From Pseudovirgaria hyperparasitica (Eukaryota): DNA of 64,000 nucleotides. The position numbers and the translations under genes were made by a program. Under the pieces are notes generated by a model that saw only the letters and a program-made list of their open reading frames with translations, ran no database searches and was not told the DNA's origin. The DNA lies in assembly GCA_010093815.1 (NCBI GenBank), contig ML996584.1; one strand, 5' to 3'. Shown here piece by piece: positions 1-12,302 of the stretch (the first letter of the stretch is position 1; every line of letters begins with the position of its first letter).

Positions 1-1174
1 TGAAGGCGAGTATGCTGATTCCTTGATACCTGTGGGATTTAGTGTTGCCCAGTGCCTGGACAAGTTAGGAAAGTCAGGGGACAGGGGCGTCGGGGTGCCA
101 GAGCGAGGAAATCCGTCTGGTGGTGCGTTATTAGAAGCAGGGTCGACCTTTGCGCCGTAGCTGATTAGGCCGTAATCATTTGCCTCCATAATCCACTCGT
201 ATATGATAGCTCCAGACCAGTACTGGTTCATCTTGTCTCCAAGAATCGCCGCTTGGTCGTCAAATGTGCGCGGCTTGGGCACGATGCAGCCAGTTTCCGA
301 AAAGTAGATGGGAACAGGAAAGTCCTTGACCATGTCGTTCAAGATTTCATATCCAGAAGTTTCATAGGTTGCGTCTCCGCACCATTCGTAAGCGTTCAAG
401 GCGAAGAAGTCCAGAGATTCGTCTGCATTATCACCACAAACTAGGTAGTTCTGTAGCATGGGGCGGAGACTTGCAATATCGGCTATACGAGTGGTCAGAG
501 CTGCCACGGACCTGTATGAAGCTGAACTTACCAGCTGAATAGCCGATTGGAACTTTGCGGTAGTTCTTGGAGTTGCGGTACGCCTTGAGATCGCGCGCGG
601 CAGCCTTCACATAGGGCGCAGCCACAGATCCAGTTCCAGTGGTGAGAACCTCGTTGCCAACAAAGACGCCTCCTAAATTATCGTACTGGATGAAGGCATC
701 GAGGACGTCTTGAAAGGCCTCTTTTTGGGTCGTGTTCCACCTTGGAGCAGTCTGTAGAGTTTAGGCAGTGAAACTTCAGTGAAATTCGCTACTTCTTACC
801 TGCTCGATCTGTGTATCAAAAGTATCCAAATCTAACCATAAGTAGATACCAGCATCGGCAAAGGTGCGCATACAATCGTCGTGGTTACCACTAGGATCGA
901 CATGGTACACACGAATAGCATTAGCTCCAATATCCTTCATAAGAGCAGCATCGAGAGAGCATTGAGTGTTGTCAATGAGAGGATCGTCGGGTACAAGCTG
1001 GTAAGCGATACCTGGAGCTTCGAATCAGTGGGTGAAGTAAAGTGGTCCATTGGACGTACCCTTCAAAAAGTACTGATCGCCATCGCTCGTGAAGAACTTG
1101 GATCCCTTTGTTGTTATGGTGGGAATAGCATTGACAGTAGCAGCCGCCGCCAGCAAGATCAGTGAGAGCATCAT
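1..1174 (-). CDS. GH72 beta-1,3-glucanosyltransferase (Gas/Gel family, Gel2-like); 3' end runs off the window
   Basis: Spliced translation (introns 1012-1059 and 752-799) gives a signal peptide [16 protein letters not shown], then [23 protein letters not shown]. Catalytic-Glu motifs FVGNEV and FSETGC are present, plus WSGAIIYEW. Confidence 0.93.
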
Positions 1175-2506
1175 CGGACGGCTATAATTGGGATGCTAGG
1201 ATGAACGGTAAGTGGGCTATTCGCAGCTGGCTATGCGGTAAGTAAGTGAACGAGCGACACGAGAGCTAAAACGAATGCTGGTGAAGTTTACGAGGAAGGG
1301 TGAAAGATCATGACGAATAACAGAGAGTGGAGCATTGGAGAGATGGCGGCGATGAAAACGGAAGGAACCTTAAAAAAACAAGTGATATTGAGCAGGGAAA
1401 CAGCAACAAAAAGCTTCTGTTTCGCGCTTGTGCGGTGAATCGCGGGCGTTTGGAATTGTTTTTCCACTCGCCGCACCATCGTCATCTATCCTTAGCAGCT
1501 TATCTGTGCACATTCAGATCTGGAACTTCCCATTGGCTACAGATGCCTCGATTTGTTTTGAAACTTGGAGTGTCCAATCCTGACAGGCATCACAGCCAAT
1601 AAGCTTAAATCAAGCCCCACGTTCACGGCTTGTTAGTCTTGTCAGTCTGGTCTCCTTGTCGTTAATGACATAGCTTATCCTGGAATCTAAGGCCTGCAGG
1701 ATCATCCTTTGTCTCCGTGCTGCAACAAGGTCAACAAGGAGTCTGTGGAGATGTGGTGTGTATTATTGTTGGCATGGAACTGAGCACTGTATGCTGTGAT
1801 AGCTACTCAGGCTTCACTACGGTTGACTGATGCATAGGCGGTGCACACCTGTAAGACTTGGCTAGGAATGAATAATGGTCGTGAACACCTAATTACATGA
1901 AGTCGTGTAGTCAATCAAGACTTTGGGCCTCGGCATCCCGTCGTCAGCAGATTGCACAGGGGCAGCTTGTCAACCTATCAGCGACGCATCAGCCACAGTC
2001 ACAGCCACATTGTTAGTAATAATAATCTTCGGCGAACAGAAAGGCCGTCACCGAAGACATGGTCTAGATGGCGTAGCTATTAATTTACAGTAATTATAAC
2101 TAAGGTACCTAATTACTGACAGGAAAGAGGAGAGTTGCCCGATAACCTCACCCCAGACCAACAGACAGCCAGCGGGTTATAAGATCCTATAACAAGCGAA
2201 AACTAATTGATCATGTACGTTAGAACGATAAATCGTAACCTGGACTAGGCCTTTAATCTTTCATACATGATGTCTGACTATACATACATCTCTTATCTCA
2301 TTTCATCATGTACTGTGATTCTTGCCCAGACATAGTGAGCACTAATTAATTTCTTGCATAGGTCTGGTAGTTATGTGGGGGAACTGCCTAAACGTCGGTG
2401 GCGTATGTGATGGGATGGTCAAAGCTCCTTACAGTAGTAGCTTCTCTGTGACCTTGTCACTTCAAGCCTCAAGCTCTCTACCGCTGCCATCACAATCTTT
2501 CATAAG

Positions 2507-3121
2507 ATGTCATTCCTCAAAACACTCTTCAAAGAGGTATAGCGAGTACCCCAGCGAGCCAGTATGCTGTCCATTGTTACGCTAATCGTCTACTTCAGAG
2601 CGGTGTCAAGAACGTCGTCACCCTCTTCCACGCACCTTCCACCGCATCCTCTGTCCGCGCCCTCACGATTATCAAGCAACATAATGCCAATGCTGTAGCC
2701 ACTGCGACTGAAGACCAAGCTTCAGACCATAGCACACAGCCAAAGACTGGCCAGCACGAATATGATCTGGAGGTTCGCGAGGAGGCACCAACGTCGGACC
2801 AGCTAAAGAGCATTTTGGGCTATATCGGGGCAGAGAATGCTGGAAAGATCGTTAGTGGAGCTATGGGCGTGACAGATGCACTAAAGAAGGTTCAGCAGGA
2901 TGGAAAGGCGTTTCAAAGACCCATTGTGAGTCCTAGACGTGGCAGGTATGCCGGTAGGGAGCATTGCTGACAGCCGTGCAGGTTGTGGACTGGAACTCAG
3001 GAAAAGCTGGTATGTATAAGCTTAATGCATATGCCTTGAGTGAACTGATAAGATTCCAGTTATTGGTGACAATGAATCTGAAATCTTGAAGTTGCTGAAG
3101 GAAGCTACTCAGGAAAAGTAG
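2507..3121 (+). CDS. FMP46: Fmp46/DUF1687-like thioredoxin-fold protein
   Basis: Four exons (introns 2537-2598, 2926-2981, 3010-3059) read MSFLKTLFKE-SGVKNVVTLFHAPSTASSVRAL...LEVREEAPTSDQLKSILGY...FQRPIVVDWNSGKAVIGDNESEILKLL. Not in the ORF track. Confidence 0.85.
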
Positions 3122-3741
3122 TCAAAAGAAGAAACGCTTGAGGTCAATGGCAAACTTGATGATTTATACATTCTAGCACGACCAGAGTTATAAAATTCAA
3201 GCCACACAACGGGACCAGTGTGTACGAGTATGCATCGCTACTATATGGGTAAAGAGTCCCAGATATGTGCTCAAACTCAAGCTCCCAACTCCCAGCTCCC
3301 AACGTCGCAGTCTTAGGTTGGCTTGACATGTGAGACAGTGAATGTCGTTGTGAAGCACGGTAGTCTCCTATAGTCCATTCGTTGTTATGCTCTTCATGTT
3401 CTAAAGTCTCCCACTTAACACTGTTCACTCAACGTTGAACCCCGCAATTCATTCACTTCTCTAATATTGACTCGCGCCCGAGCTGCCTACGTCTTGCGAG
3501 CTACCAGTTCTTTCCTTTTCTGTACTTGTTCCTCTCCGCCTCTGTCTGCCCCTTCACCTCCTCCAGGAAAATCTCTTCATTCCTCCAGCTCCCATTGCCA
3601 CATGTGCATTGCACACCTCTACTAGCCTGGACGACGCATCCTTCTAAGTGTCACTATTTCTGTCAAACCCTGAAGAAGCCTTACTACTCACGAACAAGCT
3701 TCTCTTTGTACACCTTGCGCTCGTCCTTGATCTCATCCACG

Positions 3742-6700
3742 ATGGACGGCTTTCACATACCGCAGCCCGCTCATGTCTTTTCTACAGACTTTGGCCGCAA
3801 GCCACCACGGCCAGCTACAGATCCCTCTACACATCCTATACCAGCCTGCGTGATTGCTCGCTCAAATCAATCACACGATGTCCATCAGTACGCCGGAGTC
3901 TTACAGAGCCGTTACCCGCGTGAGTGCGAAGAGATCTACGCAGGTTTCAATCGTAGCGACTTCTTCGATCCATACGACATTCATCTTCACAGTGCAGAGT
4001 TTCTAGACGCTGTTCTGCGCGTGCTTGCGGAGCCCAACAATCTTCGCGTCAGGAACTATGCCTTGAGCTTCGCAACTGAGAACCCGCAAGGCGTAATAAA
4101 GCTATCCAAGCTTCAGATCAACAGCGAGGCCGATCTTGCTTCGACGATTGCGAACCTGTTCCCGCCTGCACATGTGAATATGCACGGAGTCAGGATGTTT
4201 GGACACGTCGTATGCCAGCTCAAATGTTCTATGATGGCGAGCAGCGAACCCAGACCTCTACCAGCAGATCGTATGTCTATGGAGAATCCTGTGACTTCGG
4301 GTCAAGGTCCAATCAACCACAACGATTCTATGCCATTCTTAAAGCATGCAAAACGAACAGACTCAAGCAAAGAGCCGAACAAAGGCAATTCGAGGCTCCC
4401 GAGAAGCTCTTCAGCCGCTCAAGACGGCCTCCATCCTCCGTCCATCGTTCCGAACAACTCTACATACGCCAATGATAAATGCTCAGACATGCGAAGGACT
4501 ATGTCTGCGGAACACTACGTCGATTTGAACAACGGTACTAGTCGCATGAACAATGAGCAAATATCGAGCAAAGCAGGACCGAGAAATCTAAATGGTAACT
4601 GGTCGCACCTCAATGTAAATCAAGGAGCCGTCAGTCTACCTCAGACTCCGATGCTTTCTGCGTCAACCTCTTCCAATTTGAATACCACCCGGCAGAGTGG
4701 GAATCACGAAAGCCCCTCTGTAGTTCCTTCAATCCCCCTGCCTTCAGCGTATAAGGAATCTTTCGGTCAAATTCACCAGGCCAATGCTGGATCAAGACAC
4801 TCAAGTGCACAGTCTACAAGATCACCATATATCAGCAACATCCCTGCTGCAAGCCAAGCACCTATGCGATCTATACATGGCCAAACCCCAGCTTTCTTTC
4901 CGATGACCAGTCAGGATATGACTGGTGCCATGACTCCCCGGTTTTTCGTAAGTGGTCAGCCTCCCTTCCAGCAACAGCTACCGTTAGGTAATTCGATGCC
5001 CATGAATTACTCGACAATCGAACAAAGCAGATTCACGCAAGCTCAAGGAACCTGGGACAACATCGATCAGCCCATCCTGTCACCTCCACCGGTTCATTCT
5101 GAGTACAACCATGAACTGACTGCTCGTTGCAATCAGGGAGATGTCAGAGGTAGCTTCGCTGGTAAAGGTAATAATATACGAGGCCCTTCGACCACTGGAC
5201 CATATATTGGACGGGGTGGATCGTACATGAAGCCGAACGGTAATCGAAAGGTCTCTGTCGGCTCTGCAAACTATCGTGGACGTCGTAACACACAGGGATC
5301 TAACGGCTACCTGGATTCATATGAGAACGGAAACCACGGAGATGGTATGATGGGCGACCGCGATTCTGCTCACCGCGGTACGGAACCATTCCCAAACTTT
5401 AGCGGTCCTCTGGATCAGCTAGATGCAAGCGCTATGGCCAATGCCCCTGAACAAATTGTCACACAAAGTTTCATAGGTGCGGCGAGAGAGGATGTAGTTG
5501 ACCTTTGGGTCACAGGTTTCAACATGCGTCGGGATGACGATGAGACAAGTGGGATGTTGGTCAGACTCTTCGAGACTAAGGCGAAAGTCAGGAGTGTCAC
5601 AATTATGCACAGACCGGACTCCCTACACCCTTTTGCATTTATCAACTTCTACACTTCTGCAGGTGCTAGGGCAGGTCTTGGGCTCAACGGGGATCTATCG
5701 ACTGGCTCCCAGCCACTCAGAGTTCAGGTGTCGGAGAAATATTGTATTGGGTCCAGGAGATGGTCGAAGCCTACGCCCTATGGACAGCGTCGAACTAGTG
5801 ATGCCCATGGTCAATACCATCATAGAGGAGCCAACGAATCTCGTGGTAGCTTTGGTGGTGGTAGCCAGCCAGTTTACATGTCCCCTGAATACGCACAGTC
5901 TCTCGGCTACACAAGCCCTCAGGGCCCACCAAATCCCAATTTCAAGCGTTCGAACCAATGGCAGCAACAATTTCATGGACTGAATGCAAGGAGGTACCCG
6001 AGCGGAGCGAATGCTGAGTTCATACAGCGGCTGGATACCAACCATGCCAACGAAAATGCTCCCAAAGGCTCACATGTCCAGTACTCACCACAAGACTGCC
6101 GAAGCTCGATGCCGGTCCGCGAGAGGAATTTTGAGACAAACAGCAGTCCAGAACGTAAGAAGAAGGGCAGCAAGAGTCGTTCGTCCCCTATCAAGACTGG
6201 ATCAGAAAGCTCGTCATCGACAGCGCAAGTGCACAAGTCCAATATGGCCGAGAAGGATGTAGCCGCTGGTGACGAGACCAACGTCAGAGAGCAGGGGCCG
6301 TTCCATGCAGTGGTAGAAGCTGAACCCGACAATATAGAAGGAGCCTTGACACTACATACTATTACGAGCCGAGAATGTGAACCGATCCCGGAAAGCTTGG
6401 AACTTGATGGCCCTCCAAAAGCAGAGGTACTCGACTCTACAAAAGAACTGGTAGCATGTGTCGAAAGAAGCTCAACATCGAGTCCAGCTACAATACTTAT
6501 AGCGACTTCAGAAACATCGTCGGAGCAAGGCGGATCTACTCATGACCAATCCGTCACTACCCCTGAGAGTAGGCATCGAATTGACGATAGCTTCCACTCT
6601 GCCATGGAGGCTCAGACGCCGAGGTTCATGTCAGAAGATAGTAAAGAGAGCATTGTAGAGCCATCAGTAACCCGCAACACCTCCACAAACGCCGTTGATA

Positions 6701-7707
6701 CTGGAGACATAGAGACGGAATCTAAGGCTGTTCCCGGAATTGTTGCACTCATCGAGGATCCCGTCTCTATCGACAAATCTAGCTCTAGTAATGAGCCAGC
6801 CTTGGACGAAGACTCGGTGTTCACCGAAGGACCCGCTGACTCACCAGTCCTAGAAGACACGGGCCACAAAGTCTTCTACAGTGTTGAGGACCAGAAAGCT
6901 GGGAAGGTAGAAACTCGTGAGGACCACTCCAGAGGTGTCGTCACACCTCCGTTACAAGATATAGGAGCTACTTCTTTGGTACAGTCGAAGTTGGAACCCG
7001 ACCGCGCGCAGAATGAGGGCGCTATCAGATCTGGTTCTAGCTCTACTAATAAGCCAAAGTCGCCAAAGCCTTCGACTCAGCAGCAGCAGCATCAGGCTGC
7101 ACTTCATCCATTTGCTAAGGCTAATCAAGCCAAGAAGAGCAAGGCACAGAAGAAAAAGGAAAAAAGGCAGCAAAAGGTCAAAGATGTAGCTAAGGTGAAC
7201 GGACATGCTAGCGACAAGCAACTTCTTACCCGACCATCTACCCCAACACCCTCTGCACCTACTGATCCTGTTGTTGAGCTCACATGCGAGGGTCACGATA
7301 TCGCGATGCTCACGGAGACAGCCAGCGATGCAAACTCTCTCGAGGTCGAGAAAGAGCAAGGTGAGAGAAGGAACAGTGTGCAGAAAACCCGGTCACAAGC
7401 TTCGGCTGTGATCGAAATAGATGTTCCAACTGCATTCAGGTCTGGTTCTATGATGCTAGATGCCGCTGTCAAGCCTGAGGTTGACGAGCTGAAGGCTAAA
7501 AAAGATGGGAATGCGAGCACTATGATCAAGACAGAGAAAGGCAACCCAAACGAGAAGGAGGAGAAGAAGAAGAAGGCCGTGAAGCCTCCACCAAGCCCGG
7601 AGAAAAAGCCAAAGAGCACACTGGCCCAGAAAGCTGCTAAGCTGGTAGCCATGCCCGACTTGAGCATGCTTAGAAGGAAGGATGCTAGCAGCGCTGCGAA
7701 GAAGTGA
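3742..7707 (+). CDS. Large intronless, mostly disordered protein with a single RRM
   Basis: About 1320 codons from the first ATG (MDGFHIPQ). RRM-like segment at ~5497-5740 with RNP2-like LWVTGF and RNP1-like PFAFINF. RG-rich flanks and Lys-rich NLS-like stretches. Confidence 0.8.
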   Translation: MDGFHIPQPAHVFSTDFGRKPPRPATDPSTHPIPACVIARSNQSHDVHQYAGVLQSRYPRECEEIYAGFNRSDFFDPYDIHLHSAEFLDAVLRVLAEPNNLRVRNYALSFATENPQGVIKLSKLQINSEADLASTIANLFPPAHVNMHGVRMFGHVVCQLKCSMMASSEPRPLPADRMSMENPVTSGQGPINHNDSMPFLKHAKRTDSSKEPNKGNSRLPRSSSAAQDGLHPPSIVPNNSTYANDKCSDMRRTMSAEHYVDLNNGTSRMNNEQISSKAGPRNLNGNWSHLNVNQGAVSLPQTPMLSASTSSNLNTTRQSGNHESPSVVPSIPLPSAYKESFGQIHQANAGSRHSSAQSTRSPYISNIPAASQAPMRSIHGQTPAFFPMTSQDMTGAMTPRFFVSGQPPFQQQLPLGNSMPMNYSTIEQSRFTQAQGTWDNIDQPILSPPPVHSEYNHELTARCNQGDVRGSFAGKGNNIRGPSTTGPYIGRGGSYMKPNGNRKVSVGSANYRGRRNTQGSNGYLDSYENGNHGDGMMGDRDSAHRGTEPFPNFSGPLDQLDASAMANAPEQIVTQSFIGAAREDVVDLWVTGFNMRRDDDETSGMLVRLFETKAKVRSVTIMHRPDSLHPFAFINFYTSAGARAGLGLNGDLSTGSQPLRVQVSEKYCIGSRRWSKPTPYGQRRTSDAHGQYHHRGANESRGSFGGGSQPVYMSPEYAQSLGYTSPQGPPNPNFKRSNQWQQQFHGLNARRYPSGANAEFIQRLDTNHANENAPKGSHVQYSPQDCRSSMPVRERNFETNSSPERKKKGSKSRSSPIKTGSESSSSTAQVHKSNMAEKDVAAGDETNVREQGPFHAVVEAEPDNIEGALTLHTITSRECEPIPESLELDGPPKAEVLDSTKELVACVERSSTSSPATILIATSETSSEQGGSTHDQSVTTPESRHRIDDSFHSAMEAQTPRFMSEDSKESIVEPSVTRNTSTNAVDTGDIETESKAVPGIVALIEDPVSIDKSSSSNEPALDEDSVFTEGPADSPVLEDTGHKVFYSVEDQKAGKVETREDHSRGVVTPPLQDIGATSLVQSKLEPDRAQNEGAIRSGSSSTNKPKSPKPSTQQQQHQAALHPFAKANQAKKSKAQKKKEKRQQKVKDVAKVNGHASDKQLLTRPSTPTPSAPTDPVVELTCEGHDIAMLTETASDANSLEVEKEQGERRNSVQKTRSQASAVIEIDVPTAFRSGSMMLDAAVKPEVDELKAKKDGNASTMIKTEKGNPNEKEEKKKKAVKPPPSPEKKPKSTLAQKAAKLVAMPDLSMLRRKDASSAAKK

Positions 7708-8138
7708 GCGTATCCTATAAATTCGGCGGCTTGATATTCAATCCAATGTGGAATTTGCTGTGTTAAATAATATGAGTGAACAAGGAGAGGCAGCCGGTAC
7801 TATCAACGCATCGACATGACACTATGATGGTATCTCGAATATTGACGGGAGAACGGAATGCTTCCTACGACGAGAAAGAAGGGTCAGAAGTATGGAGATC
7901 AGGTTTAAAACTTGTAATATAGAAAATTGCACACGCATGATGCGACATGAAAAGATGATTCGGTTCTGCACACTCTTCACTCCCGTATACACTCTGAGTC
8001 CCCATGCACGAAACGCACACCTGGTGATATTACAAAGCCATACCATGAAAATCAGTCTTTTTCTTTTTTCAACGCCACGCCATGCAGTATGAAAGCGCTA
8101 AATTAGAAACACACACACACAAACACGCGGAACAGTCC

Positions 8139-9547
8139 TCATTCTAAATCATCGTCCCCCTTGAGCCCACAAAAGTCAGTCGCATAGACTGAATCGACAA
8201 AGTACCAAAGCTTCCAGTAGAAGCTTGCCGACGCGCTGTCAAACGTCCCGTCGTCCTCCTTGCGCGGCACCTGGTTCCCGATGATTGTGCTGCTGCCCCC
8301 GAACAGACTGCCGACGAGTGGTATCCAGCCAAACGTCTGCTGCCACCGCGACACGACGGGGAGAAGGGCTTCCTCGGCGGGTTTGAGGACGGCGGGCTTG
8401 GCGCCGCGGACGCGCAGCGTGTTGTGCGGCCCCGATGCGCCTGGCTGGGCTTGGTGTGTTGCTGTGGCGAGCGCGGTGCTGGTGGAGGAGGAGGAGGGGA
8501 AGGGTATGTTGTTTGCGTGGGAAGCGGCGGACTGCGGCGCGCGGAACATCTGCGAGAGAGGGTGGTGATGCTGGTGGGATGACGGGCGGTTATTATCGAA
8601 CGGGGCGGGCGCAGAGGCAGTTGCTGTCGTCGAGGACGCGGTTGCAGAGGATGGCGATGCGGAGGTTTGGCCGAGGGTGTGCGAGCTGTGTGGGGAGGTC
8701 TGCAGTGAGTCCATTGTGAGGGAGGTGGCTGTTATTGGGGCGTCGTCGCGAGGGGCGATGCCACGGTACGGCTCAGCGTGGACGGCGTAGCCCTGGATGA
8801 AGTGTGGCGAGGCGTAGCAGGCGGACTCTGCGGCCTCGGGGCTGTCGAAGGTGACCTTTATCCAGTGGTCGCCGCCGACGTACTGGTTCTTCTTGCGCAG
8901 GGCGGCGTGGGAGAGGGAGCGCTGGGCGGAGGCGCGGCTCTGGGAGATGGAGAGGTTGTACTTGACGTGTGGCGGCTGGCGCTCGTAGTCCTCGTAGATG
9001 AAGCCGTTTGAGACTTTCTCGAAGAACTCGATGGCGGCCCATTGGAAGTCCTTGCCGAAGCCGTAGAGGATGACTTCGGTGGGCTCCTTTGCGGTGGTGG
9101 GTTGTGAGGCTGCTGCTACGGGCGCGGTGTTTGTGAGCGCGCTGGCTTGGGCGTTGAGGGCTGCTGCTGCGGCGGCGCCGGCGTCTTCTGTCTTGAGGCC
9201 CGCCTTGAGGCTGCCAAATATATCGTCGATGACTCTGGCATCGTTGTCGCGCGCCTTGTCGACCTTCAGACCAGGTGTGTGGGTTTTGCTTCGTGATGTA
9301 CCGCGCCGTGATCGCATCGACTTCCCAAACGGCCCCTTCTCTTCTGGCCCTCGACGAAGATTGTTCTCCGAGCTGGAGTTGGCGCGTCAGTAAATTGAAA
9401 ATAGCTATAGTGTCAGGCCTGTCAAGCTTACTCTGCATACTCATATCCCCAGGGCAGCTGGCGACCAGAAGAATCCCATGCGCGCTCTGATTCTGGGACC
9501 GCGTGAACTTGCATTCCCCCCCGTCCTGGCGCGCGCATTGAAGCCAT
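8139..9547 (-). CDS. Nup53/Nup35-type (MPPN RRM) nucleoporin
   Basis: Intron 9373-9431 joins MASMRAPG..LPWGYEYAD in frame to the 392-aa ORF. EVILYGF and GGDHWIKVTFDSPEAA match the Nup35-type RRM. The C-terminus is aromatic/amphipathic. Confidence 0.75.
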
Positions 9548-9901
9548 TATGTTTGGATCGCGATAGTGGTTCGGATCGCGATATTACTTTGTGAGGCTCG
9601 AGATGGTAGTCAGGGTGCGCAACCTACCGAGGTAGAGATGTTGGTGAGTAGAGGATCGGACATTTGTTTTGGGTTGTGTACATAGAGCTTTTGCCTAGCG
9701 GCTTGGTAGTCATAGGATTCTCTCCGCTCCGCCCCGCCCCGCTCTTATCGATGAAATCTTTTCGATTCCGCCCATTCACTTGTCAGAACAAATCTATTCC
9801 AAAGTGCATATGACGTGTTAGTACTATAAGTCAAAGAGACGATTGCTCTAGTGCCTGCTGCATAATGTTTCTCTCCTTCACGATACGTACGATGTGGAAA
9901 G

Positions 9902-11179
9902 ATGAAGAACACACCGGTAAAGATACGCGGTAAACGAGGGAACAGAAAGCGAGCACAGGAGCAGAGTCAAACACCACCACTGCCGTCAAACAGTTCCAAG
10001 TCGACTTCCAGAGAGCTCAAAAGACGTTTTGTATCAGCTGGTCCCAATCAGACCCCCGCGAAGCGCCGCCGCGTGGCCAAAGCCACCGCCGATACGCGAT
10101 CACCACTCGAACGTCTCCCGAATGAATTGCTCCAGGAGATATTCCTCCTGAGCGGCAACATCGAGCTTCCGGGCTGCTCTCTCAGCCTCGCACGAAGTCT
10201 CTCGGGGAACAAGACCATCCAGCTCTCCTTCGTGCTCGGCCGACATCCAAACACATCCAAACCCCTCGATGCTACCGACGCCGCAGTCATCACCCGCATC
10301 CTCAAATGCCGCTTCGTCACCTGGCCATTCCTCCAGTCCTGGATCCACGCCGCCTACACCCTCGACAAGCAACAGCACCACCACCACAACCACCCAACGA
10401 AGCCCAAGAGATCCCACATCACGCCCAGAAAGCTCATCGCCCAACCAGACCAGCAACCTGCAAGCCCGTCATCCCCACCAACGTGGTTCAACTTCCACCC
10501 TCCCCTTAATCGAGACGACGAAGACTATCACGTCTGCATCCCACGAAAGCTACTCCGCGGCCCATGGACATCAGACGATACCTCTTCCCTCACTCTGCTC
10601 ACACATGCCGGCGCCGTGATTGCCGATCTGGAGCTCGCGCGCCGTGGACTCCGCAAGGCCATCGCGACCGCGAATCTGCGCGTTATATACTCGCTCGTCT
10701 ACGTTCGTTCTCCACAGTCACAGTCACGACAGGAGCAGCAGCAGCAGCAGCAGCGCTGGGGCAGCTACGTGCGCGTGACAACCGAGATCCTGCGCTTTGC
10801 GGTGGTTGAGTGCGGGTGTGATCCGTCGGTGGTATGGGTATTGCTGCACACGGGCTCATTCGATGACGACGAGCACCAAACAACCACAACCTCAACAATC
10901 AACTTCATGGATCCACCCATGTGGGCCTGGGCCGATGATGCCGAAGCACGCGGCGACTGGGCAGGCACGTTCCTAAAGAGCGAGTTCCGAGCCTGTCTTC
11001 TTCCTCGTCCTCATACCCCTGTCGGTGTCGGTGTCGGTGACGAGCGCAGCCAGACTACGCTGTCGAGAATGTCGAGCAGAGCAGGGCTGGGTAGGGAGTG
11101 GGAGCGGGTGTGGAGGGCGGTGGATGCGGCGCTGCCGGGTGTTATGCAGCGGTATGATGCGCGAGAGAGAGATGTGTAG
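9902..11179 (+). CDS. Uncharacterised fungal protein with F-box-like motif
   Basis: 425-aa ORF with a basic NLS-like N-terminus, SPLERLPNELLQEIFLLS (F-box-like), and poly-H and poly-Q tracts. Divergent from the nucleoporin gene across 354 bp. Confidence 0.7.
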   Translation: MKNTPVKIRGKRGNRKRAQEQSQTPPLPSNSSKSTSRELKRRFVSAGPNQTPAKRRRVAKATADTRSPLERLPNELLQEIFLLSGNIELPGCSLSLARSLSGNKTIQLSFVLGRHPNTSKPLDATDAAVITRILKCRFVTWPFLQSWIHAAYTLDKQQHHHHNHPTKPKRSHITPRKLIAQPDQQPASPSSPPTWFNFHPPLNRDDEDYHVCIPRKLLRGPWTSDDTSSLTLLTHAGAVIADLELARRGLRKAIATANLRVIYSLVYVRSPQSQSRQEQQQQQQRWGSYVRVTTEILRFAVVECGCDPSVVWVLLHTGSFDDDEHQTTTTSTINFMDPPMWAWADDAEARGDWAGTFLKSEFRACLLPRPHTPVGVGVGDERSQTTLSRMSSRAGLGREWERVWRAVDAALPGVMQRYDARERDV

Positions 11180-12302
11180 GATGAATGATCACGGATGTGA
11201 TGCGAGGGTTTATGCCTGGCTGTTGATGTAACGTCTTCGTTCGGTATCGCTCGTGCGTGCTGACTGAGATGGAGCTAGAAAGTAATAGCTGATATGTATC
11301 ACCGGCCTTTTGGTAGGCTTCATTCATGGTGCACAGTATCTCCCTCCTTCCTCTGCTCCTTATGATATGATACGACACGGTTCGGTACGTACCTGCTGTC
11401 TGTCACAGAGTTCTGCCTGTCCCATTCAGCACATACATACACCGACTACCTACCTACACCATGAATGACCCAAGGCCTCTCCGAAAATGAACATTAGACG
11501 AGCCTCAATCCACACAACACACATCATCAGCACTAGCACCATATTTTTCTTCATCATACATTTAATAGTTAGATCATTACCACTACAGCAAGCCTATTTG
11601 TTCCACTGCCACCGCTAATGTGACCACCTTTCCTTCTCGCAGTTTCCGAACTTCTTTCATCATCATATGCTACATACAGTCCTTGTCCCTCCCGTCATTT
11701 GCCATATCAACCATATCCACCATTTCGGAATCATCTTTCCTTCTCGACAAAAAGACACACACATTTAATCCCCAATGTTGACCATTACATTGTATGAATC
11801 TTTGCGGGTGTCCTTCAATCTGTCGCACGGAATTCCACAGAGCTCCCGCGAGACCGGACAGCTAGAACAAAAACATTCGTAAAGGGAAATTAGTTGCAGG
11901 AAGGGAAGGAACACCCCGACGCCGGGCGTATACGCATGTGCGGGAAAGAACAAAGGAAAGTATGTGTGTAGGACACGTATAAACAAAAAAGGAAGGAAGA
12001 GAGTGTGGGGAGCAAGTAGTCAGCCACGCACGCCATCCATGTCGTTCATGCAAAGGCCGTAAATGCAGCACCAACTGTCTGCCCGCCAATGCTTACCAAA
12101 ACAAAGGCCGTTACACGACTTAACTTAAGCTCTCCGTACTTTGAACTGGATTCATGTTTCCACCAGTACATGAAAGAGGAGGCAGTAGTTTCGGGTGTGC
12201 AGTAAAAGCACCGTACCCAACATGTCGTTAGGCATGCACCATCCAGTCTCAATATCCGCTTTCATCTTCATCCAACGCTCTTTTTCGCTGTGTATGGATA
12301 GC

